This document shows, piece by piece, positions 8,901-18,718 of a stretch of 64,000 nt of DNA. This DNA is from Syntrophobacterales bacterium (GTDB lineage: Bacteria; Desulfobacterota; Syntrophobacteria; BM002). The notes under the pieces were generated by a model, which worked only from the letters and a program-made list of their open reading frames with translations, was not told where the DNA came from and did no database searches. The translations under genes and the position numbers were made by a program. The stretch's first letter is position 1. The number at the start of each line of letters is the position of its first letter. The stretch covers positions 15,280 through 79,279 of the forward strand of contig JASFEM010000001.1 of the NCBI GenBank assembly GCA_050124835.1. The letters are read 5' to 3'.

Positions 8901-10190
8901 ATGACTACGTACTGGAACGAAAAGATGGAGACTCTCCCTCGGCAGGAACTTGGCGAACTGCAACTTGAACGTCTGCAGATGACCCTCAACCGTGGATACG
9001 CCAAGGTGGATTTTTACCGGCAACGGTTCGAGGAGTTGGGGTTTCTACCTGAGGATATCAATTCCTTGGACAATTTAGCTCGGATACCTTGTACAACTGC
9101 GGCTGACTTGGCTGAGCATTACCCCTATGGATTATTTTCCGTTCCTCTGAAGTCCATTGTCCGTCTCAAATTCTCGGTAGCTCCGCGGGGAAACCCCATC
9201 GTTATTGGTTATACCCAAAGAGACGTCCAAAATTGGCTGGAAGTGATGGCGCGTCACATGACCGCTATGGGTATCGGCACCCGTGACATTGTGCAGGTTG
9301 CCTTCAATTATGGATTATTCACTGGTGCCTTCACATTCAACCAGGCAGCAGAACTGGTCGGTGCCACCGTCGCCCCCAGCTCTATCGCCTCCGCCACTCT
9401 TCAACTCCAGATTATGCAGGACTTTCGGAGTACAGTGCTAGCTACTTCACCATCATTCGCCTTCCACATTGCCGAGACTAGGGAACGGTTCGGCGTTGAT
9501 ATCAATCAGATTCATCTCAGGATTGGACTTTTCGGGCCGGAGGCCATGTCGCCGGATGTTCGTAAGGCTCTGGAGGAACGGTTCCGTATCCAAGCCTATA
9601 CAGTATACGGTGTAAAGGAGATGGTGGAGCCGGGGGTGGCGGCGGAGTGTCGTGAAAAGTCCGGACTCCACTTGGCCGAAGATCACTTTTATCCGGAAAT
9701 TGTCGATCCCCATTCGTGCCAGCCGCTGCCTCAAGGTCAGGAGGGGGAATTGGTGATCACCACCCTCACCAACGAAGGCTATCCTTTAATCCGTCTCCGG
9801 ACTGGGGATATCACCAAATTGGATCAAAGTCTCTGTCCTTGTGGACGCACCAGTGTAAGGATGTCACCGCCCTTAAGCCGCTCGGATGATTTGTTCATGG
9901 TGCGCGGTATTGCCATTTATCCTGAACAGTTGGCCATGCTACTTGGGGAGGCTGCGCCGAAAGTCGAATACTACCGCGTAATCATTCGTAAACGTGACGG
10001 TCTTAATGACCAGTTGGAACTTCAGGTCGCTTATCCCGAAAACTATGTCTCGGATTGGTACCGAACCCATGCGCTTGCTGACAACATTCGAGCTCATTTG
10101 CGAAGAGCCTTAGGCCTCGGCATCAAAGTGAAGCTGGTTGAGGAGAGTACGTTATCCAGGGAAAAAGGGCAAATCGTGTTTGAGGAGTAG
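8901..10190 (+). CDS. Phenylacetate-CoA ligase (PaaK)-family protein whose AMP-binding P-loop is degenerate.
   Basis: PaaK-like N-terminus (WNEKMETLPRQELGELQLERLQ) and C-terminal domain. The canonical SSGTTGKP is replaced by SVAPRGNPIVIGYTQRD. Confidence 0.75.
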   Translation: MTTYWNEKMETLPRQELGELQLERLQMTLNRGYAKVDFYRQRFEELGFLPEDINSLDNLARIPCTTAADLAEHYPYGLFSVPLKSIVRLKFSVAPRGNPIVIGYTQRDVQNWLEVMARHMTAMGIGTRDIVQVAFNYGLFTGAFTFNQAAELVGATVAPSSIASATLQLQIMQDFRSTVLATSPSFAFHIAETRERFGVDINQIHLRIGLFGPEAMSPDVRKALEERFRIQAYTVYGVKEMVEPGVAAECREKSGLHLAEDHFYPEIVDPHSCQPLPQGQEGELVITTLTNEGYPLIRLRTGDITKLDQSLCPCGRTSVRMSPPLSRSDDLFMVRGIAIYPEQLAMLLGEAAPKVEYYRVIIRKRDGLNDQLELQVAYPENYVSDWYRTHALADNIRAHLRRALGLGIKVKLVEESTLSREKGQIVFEE

Positions 10191-10200
10191 ATGAGATTTT

Positions 10201-10250
10201 GGATTGCGGATTAAAGAAAGGCGCAAGGCACAGGGTACAAGGCACAAGGT
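10201..10250. repeat. Second copy of dispersed repeat family 'A' (50-mer), followed by a ctatgcc heptamer array.
   Basis: 47 of 50 positions match 5837-5886. Confidence 0.75.
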
Positions 10251-10372
10251 CAGAAATATTGCTTTTTTCTCTATGCCCTATGCCCTATGCTCTATGCTTC
10301 TTCCTACTGACTACTGGCTACTGTATTTGAGATGCTGGAAACTGGGATTCTATTAGGCATGGGGAAACTGTA

Positions 10373-11662
10373 ATGACTCGTACGTTTATGCCGAATATTT
10401 CCACTGAGAAAGAACTTCTTGCCTTACAGTTAGATGGTCTGCGCTGGACAGTTCTCCATTCGTATGACAACTCGCCTTTCTATCGCCAGCGGTTGCAGAA
10501 GGCAGGTATACAACCAGACAACATCAAGTCTCTGGATGATTTGATCCGGCTGCCATTCACCACGGCAGACGACCTACGGGAGGGATATCCCTTTCCTTTA
10601 CGCGCGGTGGGCTATGACAAGATTGTCCGCATTCATGCTTCCTCCGGCACCACCGGAAAACGCAAGGTGCTTTGCTATACCCAGAAGGACATCAACGACT
10701 GGGCCGACATGTTTGCTCGCTGTTATGAGATGGCGGGCCTGTCGGCTGAGGACCGCGTCCAAATCGCCGTGGGCTATGGCCTCTGGACTGCTGGTGTTGG
10801 TTTTCAATTGGGCTGTGAAAGACTCGGGGCCATGGCCGTACCTGTAGGCCCTGGAAATACCGAGATGCATTGTGAGATGTTGGTGGACATGCAAAGCACA
10901 GTCTTTTGCGCCACCGCTTCCATGGCACTGCTCATGGGAGAAGAGGTGCAACGGAGGAATCTCCGGGACCAAATAGCGCTGCATAAAGTCATCTTGGGTG
11001 CAGAGCGGCACAGCGAATCCATGGACCGACGCATCAAGGAGCTCCTTGGAGCTGAACACGTGTTTGATATACCTGGCCTCACTGAATTGTACGGACCTGG
11101 AACCGGTCTGGACTGCGGTAAACACGAAGGTATCCACTACTGGGCTGACTATTACATTTTGGAAATCATAGATCCTGAAACTCTCGAGCCGGTTGAACCG
11201 GGAGAATTGGGCGAAATGGTGGTGACAACGCTGTGCAAAGAAGGAGCTCCGCTGATCCGCTATAGAACTCGAGACCTGACGCGGCTTATTCCACAATCAT
11301 GCTCTTGCGGTAACCCCTTACCCATGCATGACCGTATTCTTGGACGATCCGACGACATGTTTATTGTTAGGGCGGTGAACATCTATCCCGGACAAATTGA
11401 TCACGTCCTATCACAGGTAGCGGAAATCGGCAGTGAGTTCCAGGTCCACCTCGAACGTAGAGAGGACGGTCGCGATTACATGATCCTCAAGGTGGAGAGG
11501 CGGCCACGCTACGATGCCCAACACAACGAAGCCATAGCCAAGCGTATTTCCCAGGACGTTCGCAAGCATATGTTGGTGAGTGCTGAAGTGGAAGTCCTTG
11601 ATCACGGCACCCTGCCACGAACTGAGCGCAAGAGCAAACGAGTTTTTGACCACAGAAATTAA
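10373..11662 (+). CDS. Phenylacetate-CoA ligase (PaaK)-family adenylate-forming enzyme with a canonical P-loop.
   Basis: IHASSGTTGKRKV motif and PaaK-like N- and C-terminal domains. Confidence 0.85.
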   Translation: MTRTFMPNISTEKELLALQLDGLRWTVLHSYDNSPFYRQRLQKAGIQPDNIKSLDDLIRLPFTTADDLREGYPFPLRAVGYDKIVRIHASSGTTGKRKVLCYTQKDINDWADMFARCYEMAGLSAEDRVQIAVGYGLWTAGVGFQLGCERLGAMAVPVGPGNTEMHCEMLVDMQSTVFCATASMALLMGEEVQRRNLRDQIALHKVILGAERHSESMDRRIKELLGAEHVFDIPGLTELYGPGTGLDCGKHEGIHYWADYYILEIIDPETLEPVEPGELGEMVVTTLCKEGAPLIRYRTRDLTRLIPQSCSCGNPLPMHDRILGRSDDMFIVRAVNIYPGQIDHVLSQVAEIGSEFQVHLERREDGRDYMILKVERRPRYDAQHNEAIAKRISQDVRKHMLVSAEVEVLDHGTLPRTERKSKRVFDHRN

Positions 11663-11933
11663 TTTATCATTTCGCATTTCAGATTTATCGTTTATCATTG
11701 CGGATATTTCCATCTTTTACTCACAACTATTACCACCAAATACGGTTACAAATACGCTGCCGTGTTCGGCATGACGGTTGAAGCTACTTCAGGACTCTTT
11801 CGATATCTCAAAGATGACAAGTGCGAAATGATAAATGGTAAATCATAAATGTATTGGGGGAGGTGATATGAGAAAGGTTCGAAATAGGTACTTTGGCTTC
11901 TTATGTACTGTCCAGAGAAGGGGGGTTTTTAGC

Positions 11934-13130
11934 ATGAACTCAATGAGAAGAATTACGGTTTTGCTCTGTATCATCATGATGGCCTTTTCCTTCGGGTATG
12001 TCGCGGACCAGGCAGCGGCGGCAGAATCAATCAAAATTGGTGCCTTTTTTGATCTCTCCGGTACTGCGTCCTTTATCGGTACTCCCACCAAACTGGTGGC
12101 TGAGATGGTGGTTGAAAAGATCAACAAGGAAGGCGGGATCAACGGCCGTCAGCTCGAACTTGTGATCGGTGATACCGAGGGCGATCCCACCCGGGCGCTA
12201 ATGGTGGCCAAAAGGCTCGTCGAGCAGGAAAATGTCGTGGCTCTTATCGGTCCCACCCGAACAGGCACGGGCATGGCGGTTAAAAAATATCTTGAACAAA
12301 AGCAAATACCGACCGTTATGACCGTCGGTGGTGATCCGGTGATCATGGAGGGAGTACACGGGGGTAAAGATTTCGGTTCTGCCAAGTGGATATTCAAATC
12401 GCCACAAAGGAGTTCGGTAGCCGTCAAAAAAGTCTACCAGTATCTAAAGGCCAAGAAAGTCAAGAAAGTTGCTCTCATTACTGCGTCAGACGGATTCGGT
12501 CGCGATGGCAAGCGCTGGCTTACCAAATTAGCCCCTGGATTTGGTCTGGAGATTGTGGCTGACGAGTCCTTTGGCGTCAGGGATGCTGACATGACCACCC
12601 AGCTCACTAAGATCAAAAATACTGACGCTCAGATCATCATCTGTTGGACCATCGGCCCGGCCGGATCAATAGTTGCCAAGAATGTAAAGCAGCTTGCCGT
12701 TAAACTGCCGCTCGTTCAGTGTCACGGTCTACCTGATCCCAAATACATCGAATTAGCGGGAAGCGCCGCCGAAGGCAACGTCATGCCAGCCACCAAGTTA
12801 ATGGCCTATGACCAGCTGTCGGCAAATGACCCACAAAAGGCCACCATAGAAGAATTTGTGAGCCTTTACAACAATGTGTACGACTATGACAAGCAATTTC
12901 CCATCAATACCCACTCCGGCTATGCCTGGGATGCCATCTACATTGTGGCCAACGCCATGAAGAAGGCTGGTACTGATAAGGAGAAATTGCGCGATGCCAT
13001 TGAGCAAACCGAGAATTATGTGGGCATCAGCGGTATCTATAATATCACCCCAAAAGACCATAATGGTTTGGGCACCGACTCCATGGTCATGGTCATGATC
13101 TGGACTGGTGAATGGAAACTGGTGTATTAA
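11934..13130 (+). CDS. livK: Branched-chain amino acid ABC transporter substrate-binding protein (LivK-like).
   Basis: Signal peptide MNSMRRITVLLCIIMMAFSFGYVADQAAAAES, then a type-I periplasmic binding-protein fold. An alternative start at 11868 has a strong GGGAGGTG RBS. Confidence 0.85.
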   Translation: MNSMRRITVLLCIIMMAFSFGYVADQAAAAESIKIGAFFDLSGTASFIGTPTKLVAEMVVEKINKEGGINGRQLELVIGDTEGDPTRALMVAKRLVEQENVVALIGPTRTGTGMAVKKYLEQKQIPTVMTVGGDPVIMEGVHGGKDFGSAKWIFKSPQRSSVAVKKVYQYLKAKKVKKVALITASDGFGRDGKRWLTKLAPGFGLEIVADESFGVRDADMTTQLTKIKNTDAQIIICWTIGPAGSIVAKNVKQLAVKLPLVQCHGLPDPKYIELAGSAAEGNVMPATKLMAYDQLSANDPQKATIEEFVSLYNNVYDYDKQFPINTHSGYAWDAIYIVANAMKKAGTDKEKLRDAIEQTENYVGISGIYNITPKDHNGLGTDSMVMVMIWTGEWKLVY

Positions 13131-13178
13131 AGAGGAGGTTTCACCTAGAAAACCGGTTCTGCGGTAACCTAAAAAACT

Positions 13179-13236
13179 AATTGGGCGCTTTAGACCTTTG
13201 ATTATCCGGGGTCTGAGCGCCCAATTTATTATCATC
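13179..13236 (+). terminator. Rho-independent terminator downstream of livK.
   Basis: Long inverted repeat AATTGGGCGCTTTAGACC...GGTCTGAGCGCCCAATT followed by TATTATCAT. Confidence 0.6.
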
Positions 13237-13341
13237 CGAGCAGGCTTGTGCAATCAATTTGGCCCGAATCGGCGAGCTTGGTCTTCAACTGAAAATGATA
13301 AATTCGCTGGCCGCTTAACAAAGTGAGCCAGTCTTCAGCCT

Positions 13342-13557
13342 TTATTCAAGTCTGCGAAGACAATCCTGCGGGAAACGATGAGTTCCCCCGGTCCCGTCGA
13401 GCGTGACCCGCACCAGCGCTTGAGGGTCATTGATAACGGTATCAGGGTCTGTCACCACACCATGGAAGCCTATATACTCCTCCATGTAGCTTTCCCAGTT
13501 TTCGTCCCCTGACTTTCGATAAATCTCAACCCGATCACCCTGCCGAAACGGTTGCAT
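13342..13557 (-). CDS. Hypothetical small protein (71 aa).
   Basis: Isolated ORF with no recognisable family. Confidence 0.4.
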   Translation of the reverse strand: MQPFRQGDRVEIYRKSGDENWESYMEEYIGFHGVVTDPDTVINDPQALVRVTLDGTGGTHRFPQDCLRRLE

Positions 13558-13715
13558 GGCTGCCTCCTGTTTTCTTGTCTCAGACTAGTTTCGGCCGATG
13601 TAATGAATGGTTTCTACTTTTACCACAAAGGACACGAAGATCACAAAGTGTTTTAAATACGTGCGAATCCTTTGTGTGCTTTGTAATCTCTGTGCTTCGG
13701 TAATTACCGTCCATC

Positions 13716-13750
13716 CAAAAAAATACTTTCCCCTCCCCTGGCGGGAGGGG
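13716..13750 (-). terminator. Rho-independent terminator of the minus-strand oxidoreductase operon.
   Basis: On the minus strand, the CCCCTCCC-GCCAG-GGGAGGGG hairpin is followed by AAAGTATTTTTTT. Confidence 0.65.
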
Positions 13751-13796
13751 ATCAAGGGGAGCGGGAGGAGATTTTTTATTCGTGGACGGATATGAA

Positions 13797-15968
13797 TTAG
13801 GTTTTCTTTACCCTGGGAATGGACATCTCTGACTTGAACTCTGCGGTGGCCTTTCTTGCGCACTCAGAGCACAGCTTCCGCCCCCCAAAGGCTGGGCTTA
13901 TCGTCTCGGTGCGCTTGTTTACATAATCAAGATACCTGGCCGGCCCTAGGACCTCGTTGCATCTATCACAGTGTTCCAACTTTTCCCGACAAAGAATAGT
14001 GCCGCAGAGGCTGAGTTGACGATCGCCGTTTCTATCTTCAACTACGATAGCTCCGGTAGGACAATTTGCGGCGCAGGCGCCACACAAAATGCATCTCTCG
14101 GCGGTGATTCTAAAATCACTGGGGCCAGGCTGGTCGAAATCCAAGTAACCAAATTGGAGGGCATCTACTTCCATCTTATCGCGGCAGATACTGACACAGA
14201 GGCCACACCTCTTGCAAATGTCGCACCTCAAACATCGCCGTCCCTCTTCCCGTGCCATGGCCTCGGATAGCCCCAACTCCACCTGTTGAAAGGTGATTCT
14301 CCTTCGGTCCGGGTTGAGCATGGGCATCTCGGGTCGACTCAAGCTCATTTTGGTGACAGCCGGAACCTCGAGCCATTCAACCCTCTGGTGACGCACCGGT
14401 ACCTGAGGCATTTTAGGTTGAGGCAGCCCTCGGAGATACCGGTCTATGCCCGCAGCGGCGAACTTCCCCGCACCGATAGCCTCCACTACTGTGGCTGGCC
14501 CCAAAACCGCATCCCCGCCGGCAAACATCCCCTTCTCATCGGTGGTTCCACTTATTGTGTCCGCCATAATCGTGTTACGCCTGGACCATTTCAACTTTTC
14601 CAATGAGTCGAGACCCTCAGAGGAAGTCGTTTGCCCGATGGCCGTTATAATGGCGTCAACTTCATACAGGTGGTCACTCCCTTCCACCGGCACCGGCCTT
14701 CTCCGTCCACTCTTGTCAGCAGCTCCAAGTTCAGCTCGGAGGCACTTCAATCCTGTCAGCTGGCCATTATCACCAATCGCCTCAATGGGAATTGTAAGGA
14801 AGGCAAAATCCACCCCTTCTTCTTCAGCCTGTTCCACCTCCTCCACGCTGGCAGGCATTTCAGAACGGGTCCGCCGGTAGAGAATGATCACATCCTCACA
14901 GCCCAGCCGGATACATGTCCGAGCCGCGTCTATGGCCACGTTACCACCGCCGACAACAGCCACTCTCTTACCAGGTTTGTGCCTTTCACCCATTGCCACT
15001 TGCAGCAGGAAACTTATGGCGTCTACTACCTGGGAAAAATCTTCTTCTCCGGCGACTCCCAGTTTGTAGCAGCCATGGGCCCCCACAGCTATGAAGAAGG
15101 CCTCAAATCCTTCCTGTTTGAGCTCCTTGATGGTGGTATCTTTGCCTAATCTGGTGTTATAGCGAATTTCAACACCCAGATCCTCGATCATGGCCACTTC
15201 CCGGTCGATAACCTCTCGGGGCAGCCGATAGCGGGGGATGCCAACCATCATCATGCCACCGGCCATGGGTAGAGCTTCGATTACGGTAACCCCATAGCCT
15301 TTCAAGGCCAAATAGTAAGCAGCTGTGAGACCCGCAGGCCCTGCGCCGATGACACACACTTTACGGCCATTGTCCGGAGCCTTTTGTGGGTTGATGTATT
15401 CCCCAGCAGACATGGCTCTTTCGGCGGTAAAGGCTTTTAGGTCTTTTATTGCAATGGGGCTGTCCATGCGTCCCCTTACACACATGTATTCACATGGATG
15501 GGTGCAAACCAGACCGCAGACCCAAGGGAACGGGTTGTCTTTGCGAATCAATTCCACAGCTTCCGCATCACGCCCCTGGCCGATCAAACTCACATAACTG
15601 GAGACATCGATCCCCGCAGGACAGGCCATCTGGCAGGGGGCTGGAGTGAGGATATCGCAATCCCCGGTTGGGCAATTGTGAGTTTCAATGTGACTCTCAT
15701 ATACTTCCCGGTACTGGGCCAAACCCTCGGAGGCAATTTGACCGAACCGAATCCCCTGCTCGTCTTCCCCTTCCACAAGACGGTTAGCCAGTGATTCCAT
15801 AGCAGGGAAGTGCTCGGGCCCGCCCCTACCTCGAGAGACATCCTCCATGAGCTCCAGGAGTGATTCAGCTCTCTGTTGCGCCCTGGGCACAGTTATCCTG
15901 TGCCTTTCCAGAGCTTCTTGCAGATTCCTATAGGATTGGGCAACTGGGCAGATAGCAGTTTCAGACAT
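13797..15968 (-). CDS. GltD-like (glutamate synthase small-subunit family) NAD(P)H:FAD oxidoreductase with several 4Fe-4S ferredoxin motifs. Probable NAD(P)H-linked electron-transfer subunit (FdhB-like) of the adjacent molybdoenzyme.
   Basis: 723 aa. Dinucleotide-binding motifs VCVIGAGPAGLTAAYYL and VAVVGGGNVAIDAA sit between N-terminal and C-terminal ferredoxin-type Cys clusters (CxxCxxCxxxCP). Confidence 0.8.
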   Translation of the reverse strand: MSETAICPVAQSYRNLQEALERHRITVPRAQQRAESLLELMEDVSRGRGGPEHFPAMESLANRLVEGEDEQGIRFGQIASEGLAQYREVYESHIETHNCPTGDCDILTPAPCQMACPAGIDVSSYVSLIGQGRDAEAVELIRKDNPFPWVCGLVCTHPCEYMCVRGRMDSPIAIKDLKAFTAERAMSAGEYINPQKAPDNGRKVCVIGAGPAGLTAAYYLALKGYGVTVIEALPMAGGMMMVGIPRYRLPREVIDREVAMIEDLGVEIRYNTRLGKDTTIKELKQEGFEAFFIAVGAHGCYKLGVAGEEDFSQVVDAISFLLQVAMGERHKPGKRVAVVGGGNVAIDAARTCIRLGCEDVIILYRRTRSEMPASVEEVEQAEEEGVDFAFLTIPIEAIGDNGQLTGLKCLRAELGAADKSGRRRPVPVEGSDHLYEVDAIITAIGQTTSSEGLDSLEKLKWSRRNTIMADTISGTTDEKGMFAGGDAVLGPATVVEAIGAGKFAAAGIDRYLRGLPQPKMPQVPVRHQRVEWLEVPAVTKMSLSRPEMPMLNPDRRRITFQQVELGLSEAMAREEGRRCLRCDICKRCGLCVSICRDKMEVDALQFGYLDFDQPGPSDFRITAERCILCGACAANCPTGAIVVEDRNGDRQLSLCGTILCREKLEHCDRCNEVLGPARYLDYVNKRTETISPAFGGRKLCSECARKATAEFKSEMSIPRVKKT

Positions 15969-15971
15969 GGG

Positions 15972-16574
15972 CTAGGCCTCTTTTGGTTTTTTCTTTCCTT
16001 TGGCCTTCTTTTTTCTGGGTTTGGGCACCCCCGGCTTGGCACCTGACACGGGCCGGGCCAATGTGACCTCCCAGCCCACTGCGGCCATGGCCTTAGCGTG
16101 ACGTTCCCGCCGGGCATCGGACATTTTTGAAGGTTCACCAAAGTGGAGACAATGAGTGACACATTTGGCGACGCAGGCAGGCGAGAGTCCTTCATCTATA
16201 CGGTCCATGCAATAATCGCATTTTGCTGCCTTGCCCGTTTCAGGATTCCATTGGGGGGCACCCCAGGGGCAAGCTCTCATGCAGGCCTTGCAGCCCACAC
16301 AAAGTTCTTCATCAACAAAGACAATGCCGTCCTTTGCTCGCTTTTGCATAGCCCCTGTCGGGCAGGCCGCCACGCACCAGGGCTGCTCACAATGGAAACA
16401 AGGCATGAAGATAAAGTCCATCTTGGGAATGTTGTTTACCATTTTCGGCCCAACCGTTTGGATCCGACACAGCCTTGGCCCTACAGGGAGCCGTTTGTTC
16501 TCCTTGCAATGAATCTCGCAGGACAGACAGGCAATGCATCTGGCACTGTCATGAAAAAGGTAATATTGACTCAT
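15972..16574 (-). CDS. 4Fe-4S ferredoxin-type iron-sulfur subunit (FdhB/PsrB/HybA-like) with a lysine-rich C-terminal tail.
   Basis: 200 aa with four CxxCxxCxxxCP-type motifs. The C-terminus is PKPRKKKAKGKKKPKEA. Confidence 0.8.
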   Translation of the reverse strand: MSQYYLFHDSARCIACLSCEIHCKENKRLPVGPRLCRIQTVGPKMVNNIPKMDFIFMPCFHCEQPWCVAACPTGAMQKRAKDGIVFVDEELCVGCKACMRACPWGAPQWNPETGKAAKCDYCMDRIDEGLSPACVAKCVTHCLHFGEPSKMSDARRERHAKAMAAVGWEVTLARPVSGAKPGVPKPRKKKAKGKKKPKEA

Positions 16575-16630
16575 CGATTTACTCCTTGAAATGAACGCTC
16601 ACTAATCATCTCCAATGTATTGACCATAGC

Positions 16631-18718
16631 TTACTCGGATAGAGGTCTCACCCTCACAAAGGTGTCATGCAGGCCGGGACTTCCGCCAATCATGTCTGTC
16701 ACATTCTCCTGTAGTAAGGTGTCGCTGGCGCCCTTGTTGTAGCACCTCGTCGTTGCTGGTACCTGGCGGCCGAAGCCGTGGAGCATGAAAACCGCCTCTG
16801 GGTGGATGAAGTCGGTCACAAAGGCTTTGATCTTGCCAAAGCCTTGATCTGAGGAGACCTCCACGTATTGACCGTCAGCAATTCCCAGCTTCTCCGCTTC
16901 CTCGGTGTTGATCCAGAGGACGTTCTCCGGCACCAATTCATTGAGATAGGGATTGTTCTGGGTGGAGACGTGGGTGTGGACCGCACACCTTCCCACAGTA
17001 AGCCTGAAGGATCCCTCATCCGGAGCCGTGATCTCATCATAGTGAGGGCAGGAAGGAAACTTATGCTCCTCCAGCAAGTGAGAGACCAACTCGATCTTCC
17101 CGGAGATGGTCTTGAACTTGATTCCATCTTTGCGGTCCCAGAGGATATTCTTATCCGAAAGCGTAACGAACCCTTTGTCGTCAAAATCCTCGATTTTTAT
17201 ACCCATATCCTTGAGCTGCATATTCCAGATATCTTCTATGGTCTCGTAGGGAAAGTACTGCCCAACCCCCAACCTCTCGGCCAACCCTTTGATGATCTCC
17301 CACTGTGGCTTGGTGTCGTACCTTGGCGGAACACACTGCCGCCGCATGAAGATAGTAGGCTTCAGGCTGTTGGCCATCATCAGGGAATCAGCTCGCTCGA
17401 GATAGATGGACTCGGGCAGAATCACATCTGAATACCAGGCAGTCTCGCTGAAGTTTACGTCAATGGTGACGATCAGATCCAACTTGTCGAAGGCCCTCTT
17501 GTTGAGGTTGTAGTCCGGTATGGAAAGCAGAGGATCGAAGCGGTTGGAAATGGCCGCCTTGATGGGATATGGATCCTCGTTCAAAATGGCGTTGGGGACC
17601 ATTGAAGGCACACCGTGGGCCGGATCGCAGACGGGAAGCTTTGGTCCCCCGACCCCATCGTATCTTTCCACCTCCACTTTGGGCAGCCCCTCCTGATCCA
17701 CCAGCTTGCCGAAGGAGCCATATCCCGCATCCTTGGGACCTTTCTTGAAATAAAGGCCTCCTTTAGTCTCGATGCTTCCCATCAAAGCATTGAGAACAAT
17801 AATGGAGCGTCTGAAACAGATTTCGTTGCTATGGTTGGCGCCCCGGTAGCCGTAGTTGAAAATCACCTGGGGCTTATCTCTGCTAATTTCCCTGGCCAAG
17901 GCGACGATCTCCTCCGCGGGGATGCCGGTTTCCTCCTCAGCCCACTCGGGAGTATATGGTTCCACAAAGGCCCTATACTCTTTTATTCCCGTGACCCAAC
18001 TGTTTACATACTTCTCGTCGTAGAGGTTTTCCTTGAAAATAACGTGAATAAGAGCGTAGTTGAGGGCAAGATCGGTTCCCGGCCTGATCATCCAGAAACG
18101 ATCCGCGTGGGAAGCTGTCACTGTGGATCTTATATCGATATAGGTAATCTTCGCCCCTTTTTCCCTTGCCTTCATCAGGGCCTGGATCGGTTTAAGCTGA
18201 AGGGATTCGAAGAAATTGCGCCCATAGAAAACCACGTGCTTCGTGTTGGCGAAGTCCATATTCACCTGGCCGTCGGTATAACCGGTGAGGGAGCGAAAGG
18301 CGGTGTTCACCGAACCCTTGCACAGGGCATCGTGGGTGTAGTGGTTGGGAGAACCAATAGCCCGCATGAAAGTCTTGCTAATGTGCGTGTTAAGGTTCGT
18401 CCTTTCGCCAAAGATCACGCTCTGAGGACCGTGTTTGTCCATGATGCCCTTGAGCTTGTCCGCGGTGTAATTCAGGGCCTCATCCCAACTGACTCTTTTC
18501 CATTTGCCCTCGCCCCGAGCACCCTCACGGATCATGGGATAGCGCAGCCTCTCGCTGTCGTATAGCAAAGCAGTGCCTGCACTTCCTTTGGCGCAAAGGG
18601 CTCCATTGAGCTGGTGAGGGTTGCCTTCAATCCATCTGACAGCACCGTCCTCCACCGTGACCTTGATAGGACATCTGATGGAGCACATGAAACATATGCT
18701 GTATACCTCTTTCCGCAT
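16631..18718 (-). CDS. Molybdopterin (bis-MGD) oxidoreductase catalytic subunit, DMSO-reductase superfamily (FdhA/PsrA/acetylene-hydratase-like), cytoplasmic.
   Basis: N-terminal 4Fe-4S motif CFMCSIRCP. A Cys (ALCAKG) sits at the usual Mo-ligand position rather than selenocysteine. There is no twin-arginine signal. An AAGGAGG RBS precedes the MRKEVY start at 18718. Confidence 0.8.
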   Translation of the reverse strand: MRKEVYSICFMCSIRCPIKVTVEDGAVRWIEGNPHQLNGALCAKGSAGTALLYDSERLRYPMIREGARGEGKWKRVSWDEALNYTADKLKGIMDKHGPQSVIFGERTNLNTHISKTFMRAIGSPNHYTHDALCKGSVNTAFRSLTGYTDGQVNMDFANTKHVVFYGRNFFESLQLKPIQALMKAREKGAKITYIDIRSTVTASHADRFWMIRPGTDLALNYALIHVIFKENLYDEKYVNSWVTGIKEYRAFVEPYTPEWAEEETGIPAEEIVALAREISRDKPQVIFNYGYRGANHSNEICFRRSIIVLNALMGSIETKGGLYFKKGPKDAGYGSFGKLVDQEGLPKVEVERYDGVGGPKLPVCDPAHGVPSMVPNAILNEDPYPIKAAISNRFDPLLSIPDYNLNKRAFDKLDLIVTIDVNFSETAWYSDVILPESIYLERADSLMMANSLKPTIFMRRQCVPPRYDTKPQWEIIKGLAERLGVGQYFPYETIEDIWNMQLKDMGIKIEDFDDKGFVTLSDKNILWDRKDGIKFKTISGKIELVSHLLEEHKFPSCPHYDEITAPDEGSFRLTVGRCAVHTHVSTQNNPYLNELVPENVLWINTEEAEKLGIADGQYVEVSSDQGFGKIKAFVTDFIHPEAVFMLHGFGRQVPATTRCYNKGASDTLLQENVTDMIGGSPGLHDTFVRVRPLSE

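Noticed and set aside
10598-11296. 232-aa ORF antisense to the PaaK-like gene, and other long antisense or alternate-frame ORFs in the track (e.g. 5056-5445, 6065-6487, 7364-7717, 14446-15149, 17615-18565, 48847-49383, 49966-50535, 61218-61784, 61985-62734)
   Set aside because: All lie fully inside well-supported conserved genes on the opposite strand or in another frame. They have biased low-complexity composition (Ser/Ala/Arg-rich) typical of GC-rich shadow ORFs and no RBS.
16631-18718. Selenocysteine-containing formate dehydrogenase
   Set aside because: The Mo-ligand position is encoded by a Cys codon (ALCAKG). There is no in-frame TGA in this gene and no Tat motif, so it is called as a Cys-type cytoplasmic molybdoenzyme.
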